A stretch of 52,261 nucleotides of DNA from Luminiphilus sp. (GTDB lineage Bacteria; Pseudomonadota; Gammaproteobacteria; Pseudomonadales; Halieaceae): the NCBI GenBank assembly GCA_965657765.1, contig CBFHQN010000001.1, forward strand, positions 1 through 52,261, given 5' to 3'. Under the pieces are notes generated by a model. It searched no databases. It was not told the origin of the DNA and was given only the letters and a program-made list of their open reading frames with translations. Positions 1 through 10,171 of this stretch are shown piece after piece; positions within the stretch are counted from its first letter, which is position 1; the number at the start of each line of letters is the position of its first letter. The translations under genes and the position numbers were made by a program.

Positions 1-262
1 TAACCGTGTGAATGGCGAATCCCCACGTCAGAAGCGCGACAGAACTGGCAGTCAACGGCAATTCATTGGTACTTTTTAAGTGTGCGTCTATACGATACCC
101 AGCGCAGCTTGTGTCGAGCGTCCCAACGAAGGGCTTTAAGGTCGGGCCGGAGGTCTGACTACGTCAAGGTTTGCCGCGAAGGCGATGCGCCAGGCTTGTT
201 TGCACTTTGCGAGCTAAGTTCTACCGAACGCAACGCACAGACTTAAACATAAGGATTTCACA

Positions 263-2350
263 ATGCTCAAACGCACCATTTCACTCCTGTTCGTCTCCCT
301 ACTGTTTGCTTTTTCGCATGCCACTTCAGTCGCCGATTCAATCTACGAGGCGCAGATTGAGCGAGACAGTTATGGCGTGCCGCATATTTTTGGCGCCACC
401 GACGCGGACGCGGTATTTGGGCTTGCCTACGCGCAAGCAGAAGATGCGTGGCCCATCATGGAAGGGAGCCTTCCTTTTTTCCGGGGCACGGCAGGTTTGT
501 ATGAAGGGCAGGAAGGTGCACAAACCGATTACCTCGTTAAGTGGCTCGATCTGTGGGGAACGCTTGATCAAAACTACGAGGTTGATCTGTCGCCTGAAAT
601 CCGCGCCTATGTCGAGGGATTTGCAGCCGGCTTTAACGCCTTTGCGGCTAAAAACCCCTCAGAGGTTAAACACCCGGAGTTACTTCCCGTTACGGGTAAG
701 GACATCGTTGCAGGGCATATGCTGCGCCATCCGCTTTTTTACGGCTTCAATGAACCGGTGTTGGAGCTGTTTGGGGATGAACGCCCCAATGTAGTCAGCA
801 AAGCGCCCTACAACCCTCAACCTAAAGAGCCTATCGGTTCTAACGCCACAGCGATTGCACCGTCTCGCACAGACGACGGCTCGACTTATCTCATCATAAA
901 CTCGCATCAACCACTCACGGGCCCCGTCGCTTGGTATGAGGCACACATCGAATCGGGGGAAGGGCTGAACATTATGGGCGGGCTGTTCCCGGGAGCACCC
1001 ACGATGGGTGTCGGTTTCACCCAGGAACATGGCTGGGGAGCTACCGTGAATAAACCCGATCTTGTTGATATCTACGTTTTAGAGATGAATCCAGACAATG
1101 CTAATCAGTATCGTCTTGATGGGAAGTGGCAAGACCTCGAAGTTGGGGAAGTCACCCTCAAGCTCAAACTGTGGGGCTTTATACCCTGGTCGGTTAATCG
1201 TGAGATTCTGCGTTCAGCGCACGGCCCAGCGCTTAGGACTGACCATGGGGTCTACGCGATTCGGTACGCGGGCATCGATGAGATGAAGCAGGTCGAGCAA
1301 TGGCTCGCGATGAACAAAGCCAAAAACTTCGACGAATGGAGAGCGGCAGTAGCACTCAATCACATCCAGAGCTTTAACTTTGTTTATGCCAACCGACACG
1401 GTGACATTCACTTCATTCACAACGCTCAGCTACCCGTGAGAGCCCCAGGCTGGGACTGGCAGCAGTATCTTCCCGGCGATCGCTCTGAGCTGATCTGGGA
1501 TCGTTACCACCCTACTTCGTCTTTACCACAAGTCACGAATCCTGAATCAGGATTTGTCCACAGCGCTAACCAAACGCCCTTTAATATCAGCGAGCCGCAG
1601 GACAATCCTGCCCGCTCTGAGGTACCTGAGAACGGTGGTTGGCAGACACGCATGACCAATCGCGCAACTCGCGGACTCGAACTGTTCGAGGCGTTCGAGC
1701 AAATTTCCTTCGATGAGGCCTGGGAGTTAAAACACGATAACCGCTACTCGATTAACTACCGCGGCATAGCGTTCCTCGACGAGGTTACTGCATTGCCAAA
1801 ATTGAGTGACGACGTTAGCCAAGCGATTGATATCTTAACCGCTTGGGATCGTGGAACAGACAAAGACAATCGCGGAGCGGCGCTTGGCGTTTGTGTTCTC
1901 GCCGCAGAATGGCAGGCGGAGATTGGCGGTACTGACAATCCGAATGCTCAAGAGATCTTAGACGATTGTATTGATCAAACACTGGAAATCGGTGGTCAGC
2001 TAGACCCTCGCTGGGGTGACGTTAATCGTCACGGTCGCGACGGTAGGCACTGGCCTGTTGCAGGGGGCCCCGACACCCTTCGCGCGATTTACTCGAGGCG
2101 CCTTGACGGTGACGACCACCTGACCGCCGTCGCTGGGGACGGTTTGTACTATTTCATCCGATGGACGCCCGATGGTGAACAAAAGGTTCTAGGTACGCAT
2201 CAGTACGGCAACGACATGACCAATCCTGAGTCGCCGCACTACCTTGATCAAGCCGAGGACTACACGAATGAGATTCTCCATGAACCTTTGTATACAAGTG
2301 AGAGCCGAAAGGGGCGTGTTACCACTCGATACACCGTGAGTTCGCAGTAG
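263..2350 (+). CDS. Penicillin acylase/AHL acylase family Ntn-hydrolase, exported
   Basis: 695 aa; N-terminal signal peptide; motifs RDSYGVPHI, FGLAYAQAED, beta-chain start G|SNATAIAP, NSHQP, WYEAH; RBS AAGGA upstream. Confidence 0.9.
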   Translation: MLKRTISLLFVSLLFAFSHATSVADSIYEAQIERDSYGVPHIFGATDADAVFGLAYAQAEDAWPIMEGSLPFFRGTAGLYEGQEGAQTDYLVKWLDLWGTLDQNYEVDLSPEIRAYVEGFAAGFNAFAAKNPSEVKHPELLPVTGKDIVAGHMLRHPLFYGFNEPVLELFGDERPNVVSKAPYNPQPKEPIGSNATAIAPSRTDDGSTYLIINSHQPLTGPVAWYEAHIESGEGLNIMGGLFPGAPTMGVGFTQEHGWGATVNKPDLVDIYVLEMNPDNANQYRLDGKWQDLEVGEVTLKLKLWGFIPWSVNREILRSAHGPALRTDHGVYAIRYAGIDEMKQVEQWLAMNKAKNFDEWRAAVALNHIQSFNFVYANRHGDIHFIHNAQLPVRAPGWDWQQYLPGDRSELIWDRYHPTSSLPQVTNPESGFVHSANQTPFNISEPQDNPARSEVPENGGWQTRMTNRATRGLELFEAFEQISFDEAWELKHDNRYSINYRGIAFLDEVTALPKLSDDVSQAIDILTAWDRGTDKDNRGAALGVCVLAAEWQAEIGGTDNPNAQEILDDCIDQTLEIGGQLDPRWGDVNRHGRDGRHWPVAGGPDTLRAIYSRRLDGDDHLTAVAGDGLYYFIRWTPDGEQKVLGTHQYGNDMTNPESPHYLDQAEDYTNEILHEPLYTSESRKGRVTTRYTVSSQ

Positions 2351-2470
2351 CACTTTATCCACTTGCTTTGGGGAGCTACGCGGATTTCTCCGCCGCAGTT
2401 CGAGCTACACTGGCCACAAAAAAATACAAGATTAATTGACGGGTCCCACGGCCAGTATTAGAGGCATCCT

Positions 2471-2496
2471 AAAAGAGCTGATGCACCGGCTCTTTT
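2471..2496 (+). terminator. Intrinsic terminator downstream of the acylase
   Basis: AAAAGAGCTG-ATGCAC-CGGCTCTTTT hairpin ending in a T-run. Confidence 0.6.
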
Positions 2497-2614
2497 GACT
2501 CCCCACTAATCTCACCCCAGTCCCATCTCGACGGCTTTGATCTATCGGGTTTTCCTCCGATTGATATGCTCAAAAGCACAAGGATTTTGATCATAAAGCC
2601 GCATACGAGCTAGC

Positions 2615-3886
2615 ATGGCAAAGGTAAAACTTGAAGGCAATCAGACCGACGGTTACCAACTAACCGTTGATGGAGCGCCCTTTTTCATCAAAGGGGCGGG
2701 GCTAGAGTTCGGCCAGCTAAAATCCCTCGCAAACGCGGGTGGCAATACCTTCAGAACCTGGCGGGTAGATAACGGTGAGCGCGACGTCATCGATCTTCTC
2801 GACGAGGCAGAAACCCTAGGACTTAAAGTCTGCATGGGGCTCGATATTGCCCGAGAGCGGCATGGCTTCGACTATTCGGATCAGGACGCTGTTAACGCTC
2901 AAAACACGCAGATGATGAAAGACGTGATGCGTCTAAAGGATCATCCTGCCCTCCTTATGTGGGGCTTGGGTAATGAGCTTAATCTGAGAGCTGAAAATCA
3001 GGGGGTTTGGAATGCAATCGAGGATCTCGCAAAGCGCATCAAAGAGGCAGACCCTGATCATCCGGTGACAACAATGTTGGCCGGTATTGATGCGCCTACG
3101 GTAAGCGCGATTGCCGAGCGAGCGCCCTCCTTGGACTTCCTGTCCTTCCAGATTTACGGAGAGATCGATCAGCTACCCGAGATTCTGACCAAGGTAGGTT
3201 ACAAAAGTCCTTATCAGATCACTGAGTGGGGACCTACGGGTCACTGGGAAAGTCCTGAAACACATTGGGGAAGACCCTTTGAACCCTCAAGCACGCAGAA
3301 GGCGAGTGACATCGCCCATAGGTACAACAAGATCATTCTTGCCGACAGTAAGTGTTGTTTGGGGGCCTACATATTTTTGTGGGGGCAAAAACAGGAGCGT
3401 ACACCCACCTGGTACGGGATGTTCCTGGAGAGTGGTGAGCGCACCGAAGCTGTTGATGTGATGCAGCAAGCATGGACAGGTGAGACCCCAGAAGAGACAA
3501 CACCAAAAATTCGATCCTTGTCGCTCAACCAAAAGACAGCGCCAGCAAGTATTGAAGCGCGAATTGGTGATCCGCTGAGAGCCGAGGTCAAAGTCGATGG
3601 TGCAGATGATGCACTCATCTCATGGCGAGTACGCGAGGAAGTCCCTACCGCATTACAGAGCGATGGTGGCGATTTTGAACCAACACCACCAACAATTAAG
3701 AGCCGGTTAAGAACTCAAAGCAAACACTTTGACTTTAAGGTTTCACAGCCCGGTGAGTATCGGCTCTTTTGCCAGATCGATACGCCGCATCACAGTAGCG
3801 CTTGCACCAATATCCCATTTCTCATTACGTCTAAACCTCGAAAACTTGCGAGGTTCCTCAACCTGTTCGGAAATAAGGCAGCATGA
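2615..3886 (+). CDS. Clan GH-A glycoside hydrolase (GH158-like / 'GH2 TIM barrel'), probable beta-1,3-glucanase
   Basis: Motifs FFIKGAG, GGNTFRTW, WGLGNE (acid/base), ITEWG (nucleophile), WGQKQERTPTWYG; lies beside GH149 and GH17 genes; no signal peptide. Confidence 0.75.
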   Translation: MAKVKLEGNQTDGYQLTVDGAPFFIKGAGLEFGQLKSLANAGGNTFRTWRVDNGERDVIDLLDEAETLGLKVCMGLDIARERHGFDYSDQDAVNAQNTQMMKDVMRLKDHPALLMWGLGNELNLRAENQGVWNAIEDLAKRIKEADPDHPVTTMLAGIDAPTVSAIAERAPSLDFLSFQIYGEIDQLPEILTKVGYKSPYQITEWGPTGHWESPETHWGRPFEPSSTQKASDIAHRYNKIILADSKCCLGAYIFLWGQKQERTPTWYGMFLESGERTEAVDVMQQAWTGETPEETTPKIRSLSLNQKTAPASIEARIGDPLRAEVKVDGADDALISWRVREEVPTALQSDGGDFEPTPPTIKSRLRTQSKHFDFKVSQPGEYRLFCQIDTPHHSSACTNIPFLITSKPRKLARFLNLFGNKAA

Positions 3887-5337
3887 ATACCGATACACTC
3901 TCAACCACCGATGAATCCATAGTCAGTTCAACGCCAATACGCAATGCGCAGATTCCTATGACGCAAAAAATTGCGTTTGGCATCGGCATGCTGGCAAACC
4001 AGATGTTTCCTGCTGCACTGGGGATCTTCATGGTGATCCTAGTTCAGAGCCTTGGAATGAGTCCTATTTTGTGGGGACTGATTTTCTTCCTCCCGAAGCT
4101 CGTTGACGCACTGACTGACCCACTTATGGGTTACATATCTGATCGCTTCGAGTCACGGTGGGGTAAGAGACGCCCTTTCATTTTTATCGGCGCTATCGTT
4201 GCTGGCCTTTCCTACATAGCAATGTGGCAGCTCTCGGCAGAGGACAGCCAGCTCTATAATTTTTGGTACTTCCTCGCATGGTCTGTCGTTTTCTTCATCG
4301 GTATGACCATTTTCAGTGTCCCCTATGTTGCTATGGGCTACGAAATGAGCAGCGACTACCACGAGCGGACGCGACTCATGGCTGTTGCGCAGTGGATCGG
4401 CCAATGGGCGTGGGTCATCGCACCTTGGTTCTGGATCATCCTCTACGACCCTAGTTGGTTCGAATCCGCAACCGAGGGGGCTCGCACACTATCGGTTTAT
4501 GTAGGTCTAACGTGTATGGCCATGGCGATGGTACCTGCTATTTTCTGTCATTCGGTCGAGACGACGAACAACGGTGACAGTGCAAAGGCTGGTAGCGTTG
4601 CGGACACCTTCCGAGAGCTCTCTCGCGGCATCGTGATTACGCTGAAAAATAAGCCTTTCCAACGAATCTGCATGGCGACTTTCTTCATTTTTAATGCGTA
4701 TAACTGCGTCGCAGGCTTTGCTTTTTTCATCATCGTTTATTACATGAACGGCGGTGATCCAGCAGCAGCTGGGAGTTGGCCGGCACTTTTCGGTAGTGTG
4801 TCAGCGCTCTGCACCTGCTTCTTGGTGATCCCCGTTGTTAACTGGATGTGCCAAGTCTACGGCAAGCACAAGACGTTCCTCATTACCCAGTCGATGTCGC
4901 TGGCGGGCTACGCCATGTTCTGGTGGAGCTTTACGCCTGCAAACCCCTTCTTAATGTTTGTTCCCATTCCGCTATTCGTGTTTGGTATCGGCGGCTTATT
5001 CACCATCATGATGTCAATGACGGCTGACATCTGTGACCTGGATGAACTCGAAACCTTCGAGCGGCGCGAGGGATTGTTCGGTGCGATCTATTGGTGGATG
5101 GTGAAATTTGGCGCTGCATTCGCAGGCCTTTTAAGCGGCCTTATTCTCGCATACGTTGGATTTGACCAGACAGTCGCCGTTCAGACAGACGAAGCGCTGG
5201 CTGGCCTAAGAGCTGCGTTCATCATTGTTCCAGCTACAGGCACGCTCATGGGAATATGGGCAATGTGGAACTACGATCTCAACGAAGAGCAAGTACGAGC
5301 TATCCGCTCAGCGTTAGACGAGCGGCAGAGCACTTAA
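3883..5337 (+). CDS. MFS glycoside-pentoside-hexuronide (MelB/GPH-like) sugar:cation symporter
   Basis: Multiple hydrophobic helices; DALTDPLMGYISD, SRWGKRRPF, ERREGLF motifs; ATGA-type overlap with upstream GH gene. Confidence 0.9.
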   Translation: MNTDTLSTTDESIVSSTPIRNAQIPMTQKIAFGIGMLANQMFPAALGIFMVILVQSLGMSPILWGLIFFLPKLVDALTDPLMGYISDRFESRWGKRRPFIFIGAIVAGLSYIAMWQLSAEDSQLYNFWYFLAWSVVFFIGMTIFSVPYVAMGYEMSSDYHERTRLMAVAQWIGQWAWVIAPWFWIILYDPSWFESATEGARTLSVYVGLTCMAMAMVPAIFCHSVETTNNGDSAKAGSVADTFRELSRGIVITLKNKPFQRICMATFFIFNAYNCVAGFAFFIIVYYMNGGDPAAAGSWPALFGSVSALCTCFLVIPVVNWMCQVYGKHKTFLITQSMSLAGYAMFWWSFTPANPFLMFVPIPLFVFGIGGLFTIMMSMTADICDLDELETFERREGLFGAIYWWMVKFGAAFAGLLSGLILAYVGFDQTVAVQTDEALAGLRAAFIIVPATGTLMGIWAMWNYDLNEEQVRAIRSALDERQST

Positions 5338-5402
5338 TTCGCAGGAAACTCTGGCATTGCCAGGTGTCAGATTGACCGGTAGATCTAAAAAAAGTAAGCC
5401 TA

Positions 5403-5428
5403 AAAAAGCCCGCAATCGCGGGCTTTTT
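5403..5428. terminator. Bidirectional intrinsic terminator between the MFS and GH149 genes
   Basis: AAAAAGCCCGC-AATC-GCGGGCTTTTT between convergent genes. Confidence 0.9.
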
Positions 5429-5455
5429 GATTATTGGTTAGTCGACTCTTAAACG

Positions 5456-8400
5456 TCAGTCCATGACGCGCTCGACAAGCACGTCAATGCGCACATACCG
5501 ACCATCCTTCTTAAATAGCGCTTCAGATTGCTCGGCGGATAACCCACTTCCCAGCATGGACTCAGTTGCACCATCGCGAGTATGCAGCGTGATTGACGCC
5601 GACTCAGCCATGTTCATTACGACAGGGACCTGACAATAGGTAAAACCAAGCTCTCCGACCTTAAGCGGAACTTCCTGAGCTGCGCCCGCTACATCGAAGT
5701 AACGCAATGTCTCGGGAGAATCGAGAAACTCTGACTTGCGGAGAACAGTTGGCTTGAAGTTCACACACGCGTCCGTTACTTCAACACCTAACTCGAGCAA
5801 GCGTGTCAGCACTTCCTCTTTGACCTGCCCTGTCATACCGGGCTGTCGCGCGCCTGCAAACCCTGGAGTATGTGAGTAAGGGTCAGTTGGGAATGCACCG
5901 TAAACATCGGGTGTTTTGTTGAAGCCAATACCTTCACGCACGTCATAGTATGCAGACTTTAACCCGTCCACCACCGCTACCGATGCGTCTGCGGCTTCAG
6001 CTTGTTTTACCGTTTCCATCACTGCGAGAAGTAACTTGGAAACCATGTGCCAATAGATCGAACCAAGCCCCTCGTAGGCGTACATGCCACCCGAACGACC
6101 TGTGAAATTAGCGCAGTCGAACAACGCCGAAAATAAATTCTCGATAGCATCGCTTTCGGCTGAGACTTCCTCTGTGTAGCCCTGCGCCGCTATTTTAGTG
6201 AGCTCTGCAGCAACCGACGCTGTGTTGTTGAATTTGCCTGCAAAGTAGACCTGGCCCGTCTGATCCTTTTCCACCAGGTCCGTATTGCCACTTGCGAGAA
6301 GCGCAGTCATCAGCTTGGAAGATGCCACAAACTCGCTAGGCACCAAATTTCGATCCATAAAGCGCGGTAAATGCCTATTGGGATACAGCAAATAAGAATG
6401 CTGACGCTCGGTATACAGCGATGACGCTCGCAAACTTTTAAGCAGTGACAGAGACTCTTCCGCCTCAAGCAGCTCGGAACTTAGAACTGCTACCTGTCCT
6501 TCCAACATCTCGTAAAGGTATTTGATCTGCACACCGCTATCGCCCACCGCAATGCGGTTATAGGCGTGATAAAGACCGTCTTCACGGCGATTCGAGCGAA
6601 TACTGACGGCGCTTACGTCGCGAGCACGCGAAAGACAATCGATGACACTTGAAAGTGAAACAGACCGTTTAGCGGCAGAGAAGCCTTGTTGGTAGATGCG
6701 ATTGCGATAGCGCTCGGCCGCAGTACCCAGCGCCTCCATCACGTGCTTTCGGACAGCATCCGACACTGGGCCTAAACCGACTGAACCCTGGTGTGTTTCC
6801 AATACAGCACTCACCTCGGCCAAGAAGTCAGCAACCTCCGCAGACAGCGAGACAGATTCCTCCTCAAGCTCGGCGAATAGAGGAACAATCTTATTTAAGA
6901 AGCGATGGAGATAACACAAAGTCACAACCGAGACGCCGGTGCCAACCAAGGCGTTATTAGCGTCATTCCACTCAGGCCGCTGGGTATTCATCCAGATACC
7001 GGTATCGGGAACGAAGTTGGCGATCTTTGACAGTAACGTCACCAGGATCTTCTCTGCGAGATTAACCTGATATACCCCGCCGTGGGGATCAGGCATGAGT
7101 CGGCCGTCCGCACCCATCGCCTCGACACGCGCATCGATCGTCTTGTCGAGTGCCTCATCAAATTCGATGGTGTCGTAGGGGTCGCTTAGAATACTGGCGT
7201 AGGGCTTTATGCGATACGGCACATTTGCATAAGCAAACGCTTCACTGAACATCATCGACTTCAAAGCAACCGGGTTATGCGCAACCGACTGTTCAATCAA
7301 TTTAAGGAGATAAATGAGCTGGTGATCACCCCAGTAACCAATATTTGCCCAGGGGTTTTCGGGCTCCGGGCGCTCCCAGTCGATTCCTTGCCGGGTAATT
7401 CGGTAGGGGTTGTAGCCATCCGCTGTCGTCGCATTGACGAACTTTGAAATCATGTTCGCGCCAAAGCACGGAATTGAGGAACTCAACGCTTCCCAGTTTT
7501 GGAAAATATCGCGCCAGTTGCCCTCGTAGTTGAGCAGCTTGTTGCCTTTTTCGTCTTTTACCTTGATAGCAAATCGGTTCCAGGGACGCGAGGGATCACC
7601 GTGACGGCGACTAAAGCTCAAAGGTAGATACTCTCGGCACAACCTCTTAAGTTGCATGTCAGCGTTGTTTGCCAAGGCCCCATCGAGTTCGTGATATGTC
7701 AGGCGATCGGGTAACGAGGCAAAAAATGTCGCATTGGCATCGAAGACAGCTCCGTTCCACTCAGTACAAAACGCCGCCAGGTCGCTTTTCTCAATTGTGT
7801 AGTTGTCGATAAACAAACCACCTCGCATGATATTGAAAAGCACATTGGAGGCGTGATGATTGGCACTCAAGGTATCGCCGGTTATCTGGATACCGTCAGC
7901 GGTGCTGATCAAGCGTTCAAGGTTACGAGACCCCTTCTCGATATCCGCTTGAATCAGTGCAGGAATGTCAGCATCGCTCTGAATAAGTGACACCGTGTCT
8001 CTAACCGCAGCAGGTCCCTGATTTACATCAGCCACGATCCCCCAACTACGCGCTTCGCCGGCGCCAAGATCGAATGCTTGATGGACAAAGTAAGCGCCCC
8101 GGCGTCCCAGCACTTCCTGCTCCTCACTGATTGATTGCCCCGAGCGGAATTGACTCAGCTGGCTCGAGCTAATGAGATATTTCGCGTTCTGAGCGCCGTA
8201 CGACCAGACCGTGGTTGCCGAGAGTGCTTCAGACGGCTCTGCTTTGTCCGACAAAATCGAGCTCATGGCAAAGATGGCGAGCCCTGAGTTGGGTACCAAC
8301 TCATTCTTCTTGTAGGCGTCCACTAGGCAGCTCAACTCATTCTGCGTACCCGCCAGAACACCATAGGGAAGCACGTTCTCAATGCCGTCGAGTAATTCAA

Positions 8401-8923
8401 CGCGACTGCCTTTGTCACCTAGCGCGGCGATCGAGGAATGCTTTACGAAGCCAAAACGATCAGAGGTCGACCAAGAATAGGTAAATTGAAGACCCAAATC
8501 GTGATTGAGCTCTTCGAAAATAAGCGTGTCGCCCAAAACATTTTTATAAAGGTTTCGCGTGATCTTGTAGATGCCTGCGTGCGAGCGCGAGAAAGGCTCC
8601 CAAAGTGTTCTTCTGCCCTCCTGCTCGGCGATAACAATAGTCCGGCTGCCGGTATTCCCGGAGTTATCCTGAATCTTGTCTTCCGTGTAATACGGGAACA
8701 GCGCGCTGTCACAATCAGTACGACCTGCAGACAATCCGCCGCGTGTTGAGATGAACATCCAGTGATTCGAGTCACTAACAACACTGATAAAAAAGTCGTC
8801 CATGCCATCGACGTTGGCAATACGATAAAAAGATTCGCCACCCAGAGTGACGTAGTCACCCTTAACGGCAGCGGAAGAAGCATTAAGCGGATTGGCACCC
8901 AAATACAGCGTTTCGTTAGTCAT
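5456..8923 (-). CDS. GH149 family beta-1,3-glucan phosphorylase
   Basis: About 1155 aa; motifs RRHGDPSRPWNRF, YEGNWRDIFQNWEAL, IGYWGDHQ, NTQRPEWNDANNALVG, YEGLGSIYWHMVSKL, QPGMTGQVKE recognised from GH149; ATG at 8923 preferred over TTG at 8932. Confidence 0.85.
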   Translation of the reverse strand: MTNETLYLGANPLNASSAAVKGDYVTLGGESFYRIANVDGMDDFFISVVSDSNHWMFISTRGGLSAGRTDCDSALFPYYTEDKIQDNSGNTGSRTIVIAEQEGRRTLWEPFSRSHAGIYKITRNLYKNVLGDTLIFEELNHDLGLQFTYSWSTSDRFGFVKHSSIAALGDKGSRVELLDGIENVLPYGVLAGTQNELSCLVDAYKKNELVPNSGLAIFAMSSILSDKAEPSEALSATTVWSYGAQNAKYLISSSQLSQFRSGQSISEEQEVLGRRGAYFVHQAFDLGAGEARSWGIVADVNQGPAAVRDTVSLIQSDADIPALIQADIEKGSRNLERLISTADGIQITGDTLSANHHASNVLFNIMRGGLFIDNYTIEKSDLAAFCTEWNGAVFDANATFFASLPDRLTYHELDGALANNADMQLKRLCREYLPLSFSRRHGDPSRPWNRFAIKVKDEKGNKLLNYEGNWRDIFQNWEALSSSIPCFGANMISKFVNATTADGYNPYRITRQGIDWERPEPENPWANIGYWGDHQLIYLLKLIEQSVAHNPVALKSMMFSEAFAYANVPYRIKPYASILSDPYDTIEFDEALDKTIDARVEAMGADGRLMPDPHGGVYQVNLAEKILVTLLSKIANFVPDTGIWMNTQRPEWNDANNALVGTGVSVVTLCYLHRFLNKIVPLFAELEEESVSLSAEVADFLAEVSAVLETHQGSVGLGPVSDAVRKHVMEALGTAAERYRNRIYQQGFSAAKRSVSLSSVIDCLSRARDVSAVSIRSNRREDGLYHAYNRIAVGDSGVQIKYLYEMLEGQVAVLSSELLEAEESLSLLKSLRASSLYTERQHSYLLYPNRHLPRFMDRNLVPSEFVASSKLMTALLASGNTDLVEKDQTGQVYFAGKFNNTASVAAELTKIAAQGYTEEVSAESDAIENLFSALFDCANFTGRSGGMYAYEGLGSIYWHMVSKLLLAVMETVKQAEAADASVAVVDGLKSAYYDVREGIGFNKTPDVYGAFPTDPYSHTPGFAGARQPGMTGQVKEEVLTRLLELGVEVTDACVNFKPTVLRKSEFLDSPETLRYFDVAGAAQEVPLKVGELGFTYCQVPVVMNMAESASITLHTRDGATESMLGSGLSAEQSEALFKKDGRYVRIDVLVERVMD

Positions 8924-9262
8924 ATCTCTCAATCATTAATTTCGTGATATTCGAACTGTGAAGCGATGGCGTCGACGCGCAGTCCACCGCCCTACTCTCA
9001 TCGCGCCGCTTATCCTAATTGTCGGCGTATCAGTTCTACTGACAGACAGAGGATCGCAATCGTGCTTGATCACACCTCTCTCAACTTGGAACGATATGCT
9101 AAAACACCACCCAGCCCAGCGATACAAAGGTTCATCCGACTTAACCAGTGAAAGCGGCATCTTGTCGTATTGAAGATGTTTGAAACGGCATCCTTGCTTA
9201 GCATCGCGTCTGAATCACCATGCACGCGACACAGGCATTCGATAGCGGGAACGAGGAGACAC

Positions 9263-10171
9263 ATGGGTAAGCGGACAGGGAAACACCATTATTTGATTGG
9301 GCAGGATAATCGTAGTTTGAGCGACCTCGATTTAGATACTCGTCTCGAACTTTTGCTTGAAGAAAAGATGCACGGCATATCCTTCAGCGCCTACACCAAG
9401 GGTCAAAAACCCGGCGACGAACTCACACGCGAGCAAATCGAGCATCGGATGACCCTTCTGGCGCCTCGTTTTAACTGGATCCGTTCTTTTTCTACCACCC
9501 AGGGTAACGAGCACATTCCACAAGTAGCCAAAGCCATGGGCTTGAGGACCTTAGTTGGTGCTTGGCTTGGCAAGGACGCCCAAAAGAACCGGAACGAAAT
9601 CGAAAACCTGATCGAAATTGCGCAAGCGGGCGCCGTTGATGTCGCCGCGGTGGGTAATGAGGTTCTTTATCGCGGCGATCTGGAGGAATCCGAGCTCTTG
9701 GACTTTATGTCAGAGGTCAAAGAGCGGCTCCCCTCAAATGTTCCCATGGGGTATGTCGATGCTTATTACGAGTTTGAGGACCGGCCGCAAGTGACAGAAG
9801 CCTGCGACGTCCTTCTTACTAATTGTTATCCCTTTTGGGAAGGCTGTGCACTGCCTTATGCAACGCTTTATATGCAGGACATGTATCGTCGAGTGCAAAA
9901 AGTTGCGAACGGGAAGCGCGTCATCATTTCAGAGACTGGCTGGCCAAGTTCTGGTGGAAACTTTTACGGCGCTGAGTCATCGTTACAGGGAGCCTACCTT
10001 TACTTTCTAAAAGCGATGGAGTGGGCGGCTGAAGATGACGTGGAGATGTTTTATTTCGCGTCGTTTGACGAAGAATGGAAAGTGTCTGGCGAAGCTGGTG
10101 AAGGTGACGTTGGTGCCCACTGGGGATTGTGGGATGAAAACGAAAAGTTTAAGTACTCAAACCTGTTATGA
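9263..10171 (+). CDS. GH17 family beta-1,3-glucanase/transglycosylase
   Basis: VGNE acid/base, NCYPFWEG, ISETGWPS nucleophile, FDEEWK; ATG 9263 follows RBS GAGGAG. Confidence 0.88.
   Translation: MGKRTGKHHYLIGQDNRSLSDLDLDTRLELLLEEKMHGISFSAYTKGQKPGDELTREQIEHRMTLLAPRFNWIRSFSTTQGNEHIPQVAKAMGLRTLVGAWLGKDAQKNRNEIENLIEIAQAGAVDVAAVGNEVLYRGDLEESELLDFMSEVKERLPSNVPMGYVDAYYEFEDRPQVTEACDVLLTNCYPFWEGCALPYATLYMQDMYRRVQKVANGKRVIISETGWPSSGGNFYGAESSLQGAYLYFLKAMEWAAEDDVEMFYFASFDEEWKVSGEAGEGDVGAHWGLWDENEKFKYSNLL

Noticed and set aside
1-163. Open minus-strand frame running off the left edge (…LPLTASSVALLTWGFAIHTV)
   Set aside because: Could be the 5' end of a gene, but it is too short, has only TTG starts and shows no recognisable motif
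171-794. 207-aa alternative-frame ORF over the acylase
   Set aside because: Shadow ORF with no motifs; the overlapping frame is a clear Ntn-hydrolase
9066-9104. TTGATC…GATATGCT-AAAA similarity to 2537-2575, and a sigma54-like TGGAAC…TGC
   Set aside because: GG-to-GC spacing is 8, not the 10 required for sigma54; the shared words may be ordinary -10 elements and are too short to call an operator
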